Below are positions 23,192 through 36,574 of a stretch of 64,000 nucleotides of DNA, in pieces. Position 1 is the stretch's first letter; every line of letters starts with the position of its first letter. Below the pieces are notes generated by a model, which saw nothing but the letters and a program-made list of their open reading frames with translations, had not been told where the DNA came from and ran no database searches. The translations under genes were made by a program, and so were the position numbers. This DNA is from Mustelus asterias (Eukaryota), in the NCBI RefSeq assembly GCF_964213995.1, contig NW_027590255.1, positions 310,001 through 374,000 of the forward strand, given 5' to 3'.

Positions 23192-26100
23192 GGAGAGAGT
23201 CTTAGCAGGAGTGCTAAAAGTCAGCAAAGAAGTGATTTAATTATTCATTTATTCATTTAAGGGTATTCCTAGTATATTTCGCGGGCTTTTTTCAGGGTTT
23301 TGAATTGAGGAAGTGAGGTCGGCTGAAGGGGATTCTGGGAGGTTGAGTCTTAGTATAAAAGGCAGTTACCTGGGGCGTTCGCCTGGAGCATTAAAAGCCG
23401 GCTGCACTATACAGAGGGCAGCGTCGGGAGCGGGCAGTGGAGTGAGTGGGAAGCAGAGTGTGAACTATAAGGGCTTTGGCTCACAGGGCTTGAGTGAGTG
23501 GGAAGCAGAGTGTGAACTATAAGGGCTTTGGCTCACAGGGCTTGAGTGAGTGGGAAGCAGAGTGTGAACTATAAGGGCTTTGGCTCACAGGGCTTAGGCT
23601 GAAAGGGCGAGGCAAGGCTAGTTATTTTTTATCCAACCCTATAAAGGATAAGGGCAGGTATGAGTGATCGGCCAGTTCAGTGCTTCCGATGTGGGAGTTC
23701 CTGCAAACACCTAGCTTCCCAGAGGTTCACATATGTGCCAGGTGCGTGGAACTGCAGCTCTTGAGGGACCGTGTCATGGAACTGGAGCTGCTGACCTTAG
23801 GCTAGTCAGGGAAAATGGGAGAAAAATTGACAGGAGTTATAGGCAACTAGTTACACCGGGGCATCGGGAGGAAGACACGTGGGTCACAGTTAGGAGTAAA
23901 GGGCAGAAGGGTAAAGTACCAGGGAGTACTCCAGTGGCGGTCTCTCAAAATAGGAAGGGCTTGGTGACAGGTGTGAGAGGGGAGGGGAGTGAACAGTTAG
24001 AAGAGGGGTCACCTGTGGTTGTCCCACTCCAAAACAGGTATATTGTTTTGGATAGTGTGGAGGAGTGTGCCTCTCCAGTGGTAAGACACAGTGACCAGGT
24101 CACTGGCACAGAGTCAGGCTCTGTGGCCCGGAAAGGGAAGAGAGGGGTTAGGAGAGCGATAGTGGTGGGGGATGCATCAGTTAGAGGCACAGACAGGCGA
24201 TTCTGTGGGGGCGAACGGGACTCCAGGATGGTAGTCTGCCTACCTGGTGCTGGGGTCACGGATGTCTCCGAACGGATAGGAGGCATATTAAAAGGGGAAG
24301 ATAAAGAAACGGATGTCATTATACACATTGGTGGAAATGACGTAGATAGGAAGAGTAGGGGGATCCTAAGAGAGCAATTCAGGGAGTTGGGAAATAGGTT
24401 AAAAAGTAGGGTCACTAGGGTGGCCATCTCTGGGCTGCTCCCAATGCCTCGTGCCAGTGAGGCTAAGAATAGGGAGTTGGTACAAATGAATGCCTGGCTA
24501 AAGGACTGGTCCAGGAGGGAGGGCTTCATTTTCATAGATCAATGGGAAGTTTTCAGGAGAGGATGGCACCTGTACAAGAAGGAGGGGTCACAACTAAGTT
24601 GGAAGGGCACAAATATCCTGGCTGGGAGCTTTGCTAGTGCAGTTCGGGGGGGTTTAAACTAGTATGGCAGGGGGGTGGGGATCAAAATATTAGGTCTACA
24701 AGTGTGGAGGCTGGGGACGAGCTTGGGGCTGGGACAAGGCTGGCAAAGAAGAAGAGCACTCTGGGGGAGGACGACCTCACTGGGCCTGGAGGTCTGGAGT
24801 GCTTATACTTCAATCCAAGGAGCGTAGCAGGTAAGACAGACGAACTTGGGGCCTTAATGCGCACGAGGAATTTGGATGTGGTTGCGGTGACAGAGACTTG
24901 GTTGAAAGAGGGACAGGACTGGCAGCTGAATATTCCAGGGTACAAGTGTTTTAGGCGAGACAGAGGAGGGGCCAAAAGAGGTGGGGGAGTAGCGGTATTA
25001 GTTGGAGAGCATATATATTACAGCGGTGCAGAGGGAGGACAATTCAGAGGGGTCGTGTAACGAGTCACTCTGGGTGGAGCTTAGAAACAGGAAAGGCGCA
25101 GTCACTATGTTGGGGGTGTACTACAGGCCCCCCAACAGCCCAAGGGAAGTGGAAGAATGGATATGTCAGGAGATACTGGATAGGTGCAGGAAAAATAGGG
25201 TTGTTGTAGTGGGAGACTTCAATTTCCCTGGTATAGACTGGAAATCGCTGAGGGCAGGGACTCTGGATGGGGAGGAATTTGTAAAATGTGTACAGGAGGG
25301 TTCGTTGGAACAATATGTAGACAGCCCGACTAGAGAGGGGGCTATACTGGACCTGGTACTGGGGAATGAGCCCGGTCAGGTCTTCAAAGTTTTGGTAGGG
25401 GAACATGTGGCAAATAGTGACCACAATTCTGTTAGCTTTAGGATAGTGATGGAAAAGGATGAGTGGTGTCCCAAGGGTAAGGTGTTGGATTGGGGGAAGG
25501 CCAACTTTAGTGGGATCAGGCAGAAATTGGCAGCTCTTGATTGGGAGAGGCTGTTTGAGGGTAAATCCACATCTGGTATGTGGCAGTCTTTTAAGGAATG
25601 GTTGTTAGGGCTACAGGACAAGCATGTGCCTGTAAAAAAGAAGGATAGGAAGGGTAGGATTAGAGAACCGTGGATAACCAGGGAAATTGAGGGACTGGTC
25701 AAAAAGAAAAGAGAGGCATATGTTAGGTCCAAGCAGCTAAAAACGGAGGGAGCTCTGGAGGAGTACAAAGAAAGTAGGAAAGTACTCAAACGGGGAATGA
25801 GAAGAGCAAAAAGGGGTCACGAAATGTTCTTGGCAGACAGGATTAAGGAGAATCCCAAGGCATTTTATTCGTACGTTGGGAACAAAAGGGTTGTTAGGGA
25901 AAAAATCGGACCTCTCAGGGACAAAAGTGGGGACTTATGCTTGGAGCCCAAAGAAGTAGGGGAGATCCTAAATGAATACCTTGCGTCGGTATTCACAAAG
26001 GAGAGGGATGTGTTGACTGGGAGTGTCTCGGAGGGGAGTGTTGAACCGTTGGAGAAAATCTCCATTACAAAGGAGGAAGTGTTAGGTTTGTTAGAGAATA

Positions 26101-28122
26101 TAAAGACTGACAAATCCCCAGGGCCTGATGGAATCTATCCAAGGCTGCTCAGGGAGACGAGAGGTGAAATCGTTGGGCCTCTGACGCAAATCTTTGTCTC
26201 GTCACTGGACGCAGGTGAGGTCCCAGAGGATTGGAGGATAGCCAATGTGGTCCCGTTATTTAAGAAGGGTAGGAAGGATAACCCGGGTAATTATAGGCCG
26301 GTGAGCTTGACGTCCGTGGTGGGGAAGTTGTTGGAGAAGATTCTTAGAGATAGGATGTATGCGCATTTAGAAAGGAATAAACTCATTAACGATAGTCAGC
26401 ATGGTTTTGTGAGAGGGAGGTCATGCCTCACTAACCTGGTGGTGTTTTTTGAAGAAGTGACCAGAATGGTTGACGAAGGAAGGGCCGTGGATGTTGTCTA
26501 TATGGACTTTAGTAAAGCGTTTGACAAAGTCCCTCATGGTAGGCTAGTGAAAAAGGTTGGATCTCATGGGATAAAGGGGGAGGTGGCTAGATGGGTGGAG
26601 AACTGGCTTGGTCATAGAAGACAGAGGGTGGTAGTGGAAGGGTCTTTTTCCGGCTGGAGGCCTGTGACTAGTGGTGTACCGCAGAGCTCTGTATTGGGAC
26701 CTCTGCTGTTTGTGATTTATATAAATGATCTGGAAGAAGGAGTAACTGGGGTGATCAGTAAGTTTGCGGACGACACAAAACTGGCAAGACTTGCAGATAG
26801 TGAGGAGCATTGTCAGAAGCTACAGAAGGATATAGATAGGCTGGAAATTTGGGCAAAGAAATGGCAGATGGAGTTCAATCCTGATAAATGCGAAGTGATG
26901 CATTTTGGTGGGAATAATGTAGGGAGGAGCTACACGATAAATGGAAGAACCATAAAGGGTGTAGAGACGCAGAGGGACCTGGGTGTGCAAGTCCACAGAT
27001 CTTTGAAGGTGACGTCACAGGTGGAGAAGGTGGTGAAGAAGGCATATGGCATGCTTGCCTTTATAGGACGGGGCATAGAGTATAAAAGTTGGGGGCTGAT
27101 GTTGCAGATGTATAGAACGTTGGTTCAGCCGCATTTGGAATACTGCGTCCAGTTCTGGTCGCCACACTACCAGAAGGACGTGGAGGCTTTGGAGAGAGCA
27201 CAGAGGAGGTTTACCAGGATGTTGCCTGGTATGGAGGGGCTTGGTTATGAGGAGAGATTGGGGAAACTGGGGTTGTTCTCCTTGGAAAGACGGAGGATGA
27301 GGGGAGACTTAATAGAGGTGTATAAAATTATGAAAGGCATAGATAGGGTGAACGGTGGGAAGCTTTTCACCAGGTCGGTGGTGACGTTCACGAGGGGTCA
27401 TAGGTTCAAGGTGAAGGGGGGGAGGTTTAACACAGATATCAGAAGGACATATTTTACACAGAGGGTCGTGGGGGCCTGGAATGTGTTGCCGGGCAAGGTG
27501 GTGGAGGCGGACACACTGGGAACGTTTAAGACTTATCTAGACAGCTATATGAACGGAGTGGGAATGGAGGGATACAAAAGAGTGGTCTAGTTTGGACCAG
27601 GGAGCGGCGCGGGCTAATTGTTCTTTGTTTCTCGTTTCAAGGCTTCATTCTATGATCATCTTGCTGGTGCCAGTACAGAGCGAGACTGCGGATAGTTGGG
27701 AACCTGTCTCGGGGGCAGGGAATTCAGATGGTGTTCGTAAAGCAGAAGTGGAAATGAATAGGGTTGGGAAGCATTTTCTGATCAGGGCCAGTGTGATCTC
27801 CTGGACTCGTTTCGATCGCCTCAGGGGGTCGGAGAGGAATTTCCCAGATTTTTCTTTCTCCATATTGGCCCTGGGGTTTTCACTCTGGGTTTTTGCCTCT
27901 CCCTGGAGATCACATGGTCTGGAATGGGGGGTGGGGGTGAGTTAATAGGTTGTGATGAACAAAGCATCGTAGCTGTGAGGGACAGCTTGGTGGATAGGAT
28001 ATTAGGATGTAGATAGGCTGGAAAATTGGGCGGGGATCCTGGATTCAATCCTGGACCGGGGAGCGGCGCGGGCTTGGAGGGCCGAAGGGCCTGTTCCTGT
28101 GCTGTATTGTTCTTTGTTCTTT
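23192..28122 (+). mobile_element. Apparently full-length CR1 LINE: 5' UTR, ORF1 (Cys motif + SGNH esterase), ORF2 (APE+RT, one frameshift), long 3' UTR
   Basis: ORF 23733-24662; ORFs 24704-25060 and 25002-27590 join via an extra TA repeat near 25012; ttctttg tail. Confidence 0.95.
23440..23595 (+). repeat. Three perfect 52-bp tandem monomers in the CR1 5' UTR
   Basis: gagtgagtgggaagcagagtgtgaactataagggctttggctcacagggctt at 23440, 23492, 23544. Confidence 0.95.
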
Positions 28123-28712
28123 TTCGTACTATTGACACATACAGTATTTTAATGCAAGTTGCTGCTGTTTATTGGGGAAACTATCCCAGTGAACATAAAT
28201 GCTCCTATTTCAAATATAATTGCTTTAAAATGTGATAATCTGCGAGGACATTCATCTGCAGCCCATCGGTTTTCAGTCAGTCACTATCTGGAAAAGTGTT
28301 AATTATTGTCTATGCGAATGTGCAAGCGTTTCTGCAATGGCTATATCTGTGTGAGTGGGCTCCTGTTTGAGACATGCTTCATATTCTGAACCTAATTGAC
28401 GCAATTTTCAACACTCGCTGCGACTCGAAACACGTGCGGAGAAAGTGGATTTGCGGAATTATTGCTCGGAAACTGAAATGATCGCAGGTTTAATAAAACC
28501 ACTTTAAAATTGAATTGCGGCAGAATTGTTAACGGCATCGTTTTTACTCTAACCATCGAAGGATTGGAGATATGAGTGACCCCAATGCAACGGAGAGTTA
28601 ATTGTAACATTGAGAGGTTTCAGTACTGGAGTCCTGGGAATATTCTGTCCTGGGAATTCAAACACGAGAATCGTTAACAGGAGATCGCAGCTCTTTCATT
28701 TGCCGATTTTGT

Positions 28713-28728
28713 GGCTCTTAAAAGAGCC
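28713..28728 (-). terminator. Histone 3' stem-loop (H3)
   Basis: ggctcttttaagagcc on minus strand, then aaagagctg HDE. Confidence 0.95.
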
Positions 28729-28757
28729 GTTGTTGTACTTGGTACTGAAGTCGGGGT

Positions 28758-29228
<471 letters not shown>

Positions 29229-30450
29229 TTAAACTCTGTGAGGAACCGCCCCCAGCGGGAATTAGCCCAGGAAGTTTCAATCAAACTGTGACCAGGGAAT
29301 TAATGTCTGTAACTCAGGTTCTGATTGGTTCAGTTGTTTTGTTAACCGCGCCTTTCAGAAATTGGGCCGTTTTCGATGCAGGAAATAGCCGTCTGTATAA
29401 AAGACATTATCCCGTCCTTATTAAAACAAACATTACTCGAAATATTGAAGATTTGAAGTCTATCTCCCTGCACTGAGTGCTTTAGACCCTTTCCCCGCTC
29501 TCTGGGCTGTTCATTCCCAGAATCTCCCGCTGTTCCACTCGATCCCTGTCCCTCTGCTCTCCAGCCCATTCAGATTTCCCCTCTCCTGCCGCTTGTAACA
29601 TTCGCCGCCGTTTCCGGGGAAAGGATCAGAAATCCTTCTGTGTGTCTCCCTGAAGCCGGTGTGAAAGGGGTTGAGTCTGTTGTTTGTTACAGAGAGTGAC
29701 TTCATATTTGTCCCGTTTGACATTTCTGAATAGAGCCGTTTGCTGCCCGTGGCGGACAAATGTTCAGAAATGAAACCTCTTTGTAAAATAATCTTTCAGC
29801 AGAATATTAATTGAGAATCTATTTTTAATAAGTTAAGAATTTGTCTCAATTCCCTTTCCCGCGCTGAAATTGGCGGCATTTCCCCCCAATTCAAAATTTC
29901 TGCCGGTTGACAGTTGAAGCCAATGATTGGCTCAATGTTCACATTCGATGCTCTGCGATTGGTTCAGAGCTGCGAATGCGGAGAGGATGGCCAATCAGAA
30001 GCAGGCTGGGGTTGGAGCGGCTCAAACTGCGGGAATTGCGGGTTTGTGAATGACTGAGCGGAAACTGATCAGTTTCACAAAGCGTCAGTTTCAGTGCAGG
30101 AAACAACCGTCTGGGGGCAAATAGCATCACAACTGGGACTGGTTCCAGTGAACGATTCACCGGCTGCTGCTACTAAACTCCGCTATTCCAGAGAAAGCTT
30201 TGATACACTATGAAAACACTGATTAGGCAGGAGTGATGTGGCGTTTCACTGAGGGCACGTGTCAACTGTGGGCTGATTCGACAATCCACTTAAAAATTTC
30301 AAAAACAATCCGCATGGCTACTCCAAATGAAATGTTAAATTCGGTGATTCCCGCACTGTAACCTAAACAAAACAAACATGCATCTCAAACACTGAACAGC
30401 CTGTCCCAGCTCCGTCCCCAGGTCACTGCTCTCTCTGTGAAGCGGTGAGT

Positions 30451-30466
30451 GGCCCTTAAAAGAGCC
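30451..30466 (-). terminator. Histone 3' stem-loop (H4), U-G variant
   Basis: ggctcttttaagggcc on minus strand. Confidence 0.9.
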
Positions 30467-30500
30467 TTTGTTGTGTGTTCGGTAGAAAGGATCGAGTTGT

Positions 30501-30821
<321 letters not shown>

Positions 30822-30867
30822 TCACTCAGATCACTGCGCAATATGAGACAGGAACTTTTTCAGGCTC

Positions 30868-30905
30868 CTTTTATACAGCCCGCCCCGACCTGACTGAGAA
30901 AGGCG
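30868..30905 (-). promoter_or_regulatory. H4 promoter: site II-like element, GC box, TATA
   Basis: Minus strand tttctcagtcaggtcggggcgggctgtataaaagg. Confidence 0.65.
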
Positions 30906-31645
30906 GAGTGAGAGCAGAGAGGGGAGGAGGGAGTGAAGATTAAACACAGAGCGGGAGGGAGGAGAGAGCCGGACTGACACACACACACACACACAGAACG
31001 GCCCCTGATCTTTCAGCTCCACCTCCAGTTTCTGCAACCGCCAATTTCAACCCGTTTATTAACAATGGAAGCGAAACACAGCTCCCCACACAAACCCTTC
31101 CAGAGCCGCCCTTCACACACAAGAGTTTCCACAAACCCGGAGCTTTGAAATATGGAATCAAAACAGAAAATGCTGCAAATAATCAGCAGCTCCGGCAGCT
31201 TTTGTGAAGAGAGAGAGACAGAGTTAACGATTCGGGTCGTGACTCTTTGCTTTTGTGTTTTTAAACCTGGCCCCGTTATGATTCCCAGTCAGTAATATTC
31301 CGACCTAAACACAGCAAGAATCTCCCTCAGTAACATCCTCACCCACATCCGCTTCCAGCTGTTTACAAATACCTTATTGCAGCTGTTTGGAGAAATCTCC
31401 TGTGTTAAAATTGAAGTTGGAAAGCGGTATTTAGCCGCCAGTGTTACTGTCTCACACTGAATCTACCAGACATCTTTATTATGAGAGAAAGTGACGATTG
31501 AACAAATGTGAAATTCAAATGAAATTCAGCCTCTGCTGTGTTTCGCTTTAGTCTGAATTTGAAATGATCTCTATTGAGAACGAGCCGGGCCGCGGGACAG
31601 GAATCATTTCCTTTCGGGATCAGCTCTTTCCTGAGAGATGTGGGT

Positions 31646-31661
31646 GGCTCTGAGAAGAGCC
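31646..31661 (-). terminator. Histone 3' stem-loop (H1)
   Basis: ggctcttctcagagcc on minus strand, then aaagagctg HDE. Confidence 0.92.
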
Positions 31662-31697
31662 TTTGGGTTCAGAGGTTTACAATTTGCTCGGGTTGTT

Positions 31698-32348
31698 TCA
31701 CTTCTTTCCTGACGCTTTCTTCGCTTTTGCTGCTTTCACTTTGGGTTTGGCCTTCGATTTAGTCGCTTTTTTGACAGACTTTCCGCCCGTCACCTTCTTC
31801 ACAGGAGACTTTTTCTTCAGGGCTGCTTTCTTCACCGCCTTTTTTGGAGTTGCCGCCTTCTTGCTGCTTGTTTTCTTCACTGTTGATTTCTTCACTGGAG
31901 TTTTCTTTGCTGCGAGTTTCTTGGCTGCTGCTTTCTTTGTTGTCACCTTCTTGGCCGCTGTTTTCTTTACTAAAGATTTCTTGGCTGTTGGTTTCTTCAA
32001 CTTCTTTCCCATTTTCCCCGGGCTTTCCTTCTGAGCGAGTTTGAAGGAGCCGGAGGCGCCATGTCCCTTTATCTGCACCAGAGACCCTGTCTCCACCTTC
32101 CTCTTGATCGTTAACCTGATCTGGGAGACGCGCTTCCCCACATCCACTCCGCTGCCAGCCAAAGCTTTCTTTATCGCGGCCAGGGACATCCCCTTGCGAT
32201 CGCTGCAACCCGCCACAACATTGAGGATCTGCTCGCCTAACTTGGGACCGGCTGCCGCAGGTCGGGGAGCCGCCTTCTTCTTCCTGGGAGACTTCACTTG
32301 AGCGGGAGCGGCTGGAGGAGCCGTTTCGGCGGCTGCAGTTTCAGTCAT
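31698..32348 (-). CDS. H1: Linker histone H1, 216 aa
   Basis: Globular domain RKGMSLAAIKKAL...GHGASGSFKL; K/A-rich tail with S/TPxK motifs. Confidence 0.95.
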   Translation of the reverse strand: MTETAAAETAPPAAPAQVKSPRKKKAAPRPAAAGPKLGEQILNVVAGCSDRKGMSLAAIKKALAGSGVDVGKRVSQIRLTIKRKVETGSLVQIKGHGASGSFKLAQKESPGKMGKKLKKPTAKKSLVKKTAAKKVTTKKAAAKKLAAKKTPVKKSTVKKTSSKKAATPKKAVKKAALKKKSPVKKVTGGKSVKKATKSKAKPKVKAAKAKKASGKK

Positions 32349-32490
32349 ATCCGAGAGTGTGTGGAAAATCTGTGTGAGTCAGAACTGGATCCGAAATGAA
32401 CCCAGTGGTGGCGGCACAGAGCAACTTAAAGGCAGAGAGCGGACGGAGCAGAGACAAGCTGCTGTCAGCTCCCGGCTCCTCCAGCCTCTC

Positions 32491-32497
32491 TGTGTTT
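32491..32497 (-). promoter_or_regulatory. H1 AC-box (AAACACA)
   Basis: tgtgttt on plus strand ~145 bp upstream of the H1 ATG. Confidence 0.65.
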
Positions 32498-33146
32498 CTC
32501 TCTCCTCACAAACTCTCCCCTTGCAATGAAATTCCGCCTCTCCAGAGATCCAGCTCACATCCTTCATGTCTCTGACACACGAATGTTTGCTGTTGAAAAG
32601 GTTTCACTCGAACTGAGAACTCCATTTTCCACTGAAACCCGTTTTACTGCTGCACTGATCGCGCTCTCACACGCGATAGCTGACATGTTCTCTACTTTTC
32701 CACTGAAATCTTCAATTTAGCGAAACAATTGCCTTGAAATCTCATTTTGGGGCTCAGCAGGGGGATTGGGGGGAATCTTTGATTGAAAATCGTTTTATTT
32801 TACACAAGAGAAACTCGGAGATCTCATGATCTGAACAGACACACAAACACAGTTGGATTAGTCTGACCCGCCCGCTCCTTTCATACACTCTCTCTTCCAC
32901 AATATTCACACCTACACATTCACAGGACAAAACCTTTACCAACTGTAAGGTCCCAGCACGGAATGTTTTACTCTTTCCGGCCTTTGCTCCGGATGCCAGG
33001 GGGTTAGTTACAGTTTTTCACCTCAGTAACTGTTAAACACTCTGAGGCCCGCTCCCCACAGTTTGTCTTTGAATTCATTCATGGAATGTGAGTGTCGCTG
33101 TCTGGGTCAGTATTTATTGCCCAGACTAGCTGCAGGAAGGATGTTT

Positions 33147-33630
33147 TAGAACATAGAACATAGAAAGCCACAGCACAAACAGGCCCTTCGGCCCACAAGT
33201 TGCGCTGATCATATCCCTACCTCTCGGCCTATCTATAGCCCTCAATCCCATTAAATCCCATGTACTCATCCAGAAGTCTCTTAAAAGACCCCAACGAGTT
33301 TGCCTCCACCACCACCGACGTCAGCCGATTCCACTCACCCACCACCCTCTGAGTGAAAAACTTACCCCTAACATCACCTCTGTACCTACCCCCCAGCACC
33401 TTAAACCTGTGTCCTCTCGTAGCAACCATTTTAGCCCTTGGAAATAGCCTCTGAGAGTCTACCCTATCCAGACCTCTCAACATCTTGTAAACCTCTATCA
33501 GGTCACCTCTCATCCTTCGTCTCTCCAGGGAGAAGAGACCAAGCTCCCTCAACCTATCCTCATAAGGCATGCCCCCCAATCCAGGCAACATCCTTGTAAA
33601 TCTCCTCTGCACCCTTTCAATGGCTTCAAC
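33147..33630 (-). mobile_element. CR1 3' end
   Basis: ERVQRRFTRMLPG...FFTQRVVGEWN; tail repeats. Confidence 0.85.
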
Positions 33631-34078
33631 ATACGGCATAAATGGGTCTTTTTCCTTGGTTGGGGAATGTAGAACAAGGGGACACAGTCTTAGGATACAA
33701 GGTTCACCATTTAGAAATGAGATGAGGAGAGATTTCTTCACTTAGAACCTGTGGAATTCTCTACCACAGAAGCTGTGGCGACCAAGTCACTGCATATATT
33801 CAAGAAGGAGAGAGATAAATTTTTAGATTTTAATGGCATCAAGGGGTATTGGGGAAAACTGAGAATATGGAATTGAGATATAGGATCAGCCATGACCACA
33901 TTGAATGATGCAACAGGCTCAAAGGCCTGAATGGCCGACTCCTGTTCCGAGTTTCTATGTTTCCAAGTTCTGATGAAAGGTCACAGACCTGAAAAACTAA
34001 CTCTGTTTCTCTCTGTAGACAGATGCTGCACAATCTGCTGAGCTTTCTTTTCTGTTTCATTTCAGATTTCCAGCGTCT

Positions 34079-34363
34079 GAACTGAACCCAGCCAGAGTCA
34101 GCACCTTCAGGAGAGAGAGAGAGAGGAATCAGTGAGTGTAGAACTGAACACAGCCAGAGTCAGCACCTTCAGGAGAGAGAGAGAGGAACCAGTGAGTGTG
34201 GAACTGAACGCAGCCAGAGTCAGCACCTTCAATAGAGAGAGAGGAACCAGTGAGTGTAGAACTGAACACAGCCAGAGTCAGCACCTTCAGGAGAAAGAGA
34301 GAGAGGAATCAGTGAGTGTAGAACTGAACCCAGCCAGAGTCAGCACCTTCAGGGGATAGAGAG
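34079..34363 (+). repeat. Minisatellite, five 58-62 bp units
   Basis: gaactgaac.cagccagagtcagcaccttc at 34079, 34141, 34201, 34259, 34321. Confidence 0.95.
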
Positions 34364-34524
34364 GTAATTAATTTAAGCCCTGTATTCAAAATCAGAAGTA
34401 GAGAGGATTTGATTTGATTTATTATTGTCACATGTATTAACATATTGTTTCTTGCGCGCTATCCAGACAAAACATACCGTTCATAGAGAAGGAAATGAGA
34501 GAGTGCAGAATGTAGTGTTACAGG

Positions 34525-35435
34525 AAAGAGGGGACCAATGACCAGTGAGCTGAACGTCGGTCGTAGGGCAGTTGCTGGAGTCCATTATCAAGCGTTTGAA
34601 AAGCAGTGTTCTAATCAGATAAAGTCAGCATGGATTTACAAAAGGGAAATCATGCTTGACAAAACTACTAGAATTCTTTGAGGATGTAACTAGTAGAGTT
34701 GACCAGGGAGAACCGGTGGATGTGATTTATTTCGACTTTCAGAAGGCTTTGGACAAGGTCTTACATAACGGTTTTAAGTTATAAAGTTTAAAGTTTGTTT
34801 ATTAGTGTCACAAGTAGGTTTACATTAACACTGCAATGAAGTTATTGTGAAAATCCCCCAGTCGCCATACTCTGCCACCTGTTCGGGTAGATTGAGAGAA
34901 TGAAGCATGGCCAATGCAACTAACCAGCATGTCTTTCAGACTGTGGGAGGAAACCAGAGCATCCAGAGGAAACCCACGCACACACAGAGGGAACATGCAA
35001 ACTCTACAAGTGACCCAAGCCAGGAATCGAACCGGGCTCCCTGGCGCTGTGAGACAGCAGTGCCAACCACTGTGCCGCCGTGCCACCCTGCTACTATGTA
35101 AAATTAAAGTACATGGGATTGTGGGTAGCGTCTTGAGATGGATAGAAAGCTGGTTAGCAGACAGGAAGCAAAGAGATGGCATAAATGGGTCTTTTTCCAA
35201 TTGGAAGGCAGTGATTAGTGGGGTACCGCAGGGATCTGTGCTTGGACCCCAACTGTTCATATTATACATTAATGATTTGGACACAGGAACTAAATGTATT
35301 ATCTCCAAACATGTAGATGATACAATATTGGGTTGGAGGGTGAGCTGTGAGGAGCATGCAGAGATCCTCCAGCGTGATTTGGACAGGCTGAGTGTGTGGG
35401 CATCTGCATGGCAGATGTGGTATAATGTGGATAAA
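34525..35435 (+). mobile_element. CR1 RT fragment with nested SINE (34780-35088, minus)
   Basis: SQHGFTKGKSCLT, GVPQGSVLGPQLF. Confidence 0.75.
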
Positions 35436-36574
35436 TATGCAGCGACCACTATGGGAATGTGGAAAATATGTAAGAAAATGTGGGTCCGTAACTCCCTTTC
35501 TTTAATATGGGGTGTGTCGTCTGGGCACATTCATCAGTCTGTGTGGGTTTGTGATGATTTCTGGACTCTATCAGTAGTACCATATCTGTGTGTCAGACTG
35601 ATTAGTGTCATTCAGGATCAGGCTCTGTCAGTGAGTTCAGTAACAGTCTGTATCTGTCAGTGTCTGGTAATGGACATGTGCTGGAGAATGATTCTGAATC
35701 TGTCAGTCACCTGTTACTCTGACAGTGTGGGATTCATTACATAACCGCAGGCTTTGGGACAGTTTAACAGTCTGGATTCATTCCACATTGAAATTTCAGT
35801 GCAGAAACAGGCCATTGATGCTGTAGGTTTTTTCAAAAAGAATTCTAATTTTTGCCTTGTATTAAATCACTTTGTGTGAGCACAATTGTGGAGGATCATG
35901 CATCTTTTCATCTAACACGCCATTGTTAAGTAAAGGTAAGTGTAATTCACATTTTAATAATCAAATTGATTCCTTTATCATTCACTGTGTTTGGGAGAAC
36001 TTTATACTTGAATGTTGAGCTCAGTTTGACTGTGAGAATTATTACAATTTCTGCCCTACACGTCTGAGGCTTTAAGTCAGGTATGTGATCTGTATCTCAG
36101 TTTGTACCAATTTATATGTATCCTTATTATAATAATCAGTGTGTGTCTCAGATTATACAATCATTTATTTCTATCTGGTATTTAATTGAATTGCAACTAA
36201 TGCTACAATATTGTAGGACTGACACATTGACAATCTGATAGCGGGTGAGAATTTGGACTGGGATTTATGTATCTCCCTGTCAGTGGTACTGACTTGGGAT
36301 GACATGGAAACAATGTCTGTCTCTCCTGCTCTGATTGATTGTTGGATTGAAAATGTGTCTCTGCAACCGGTTCTGCTGCCTGAGACTGTGGAACTGATGC
36401 ACTCTGAGAGAGAACAGACATACTGTGTGTGAGGAGCTCACTGCACTGTTCATTGCAACTCAGGTGAGGAAACTTCAAACTAACATTGATTGGTTCAATG
36501 ATTTGCCTGTCAGGAATAATTTACTCATTGTAACCCAATTACAGGTGAGGGAATAATACACAGCCCTTGTTCAA

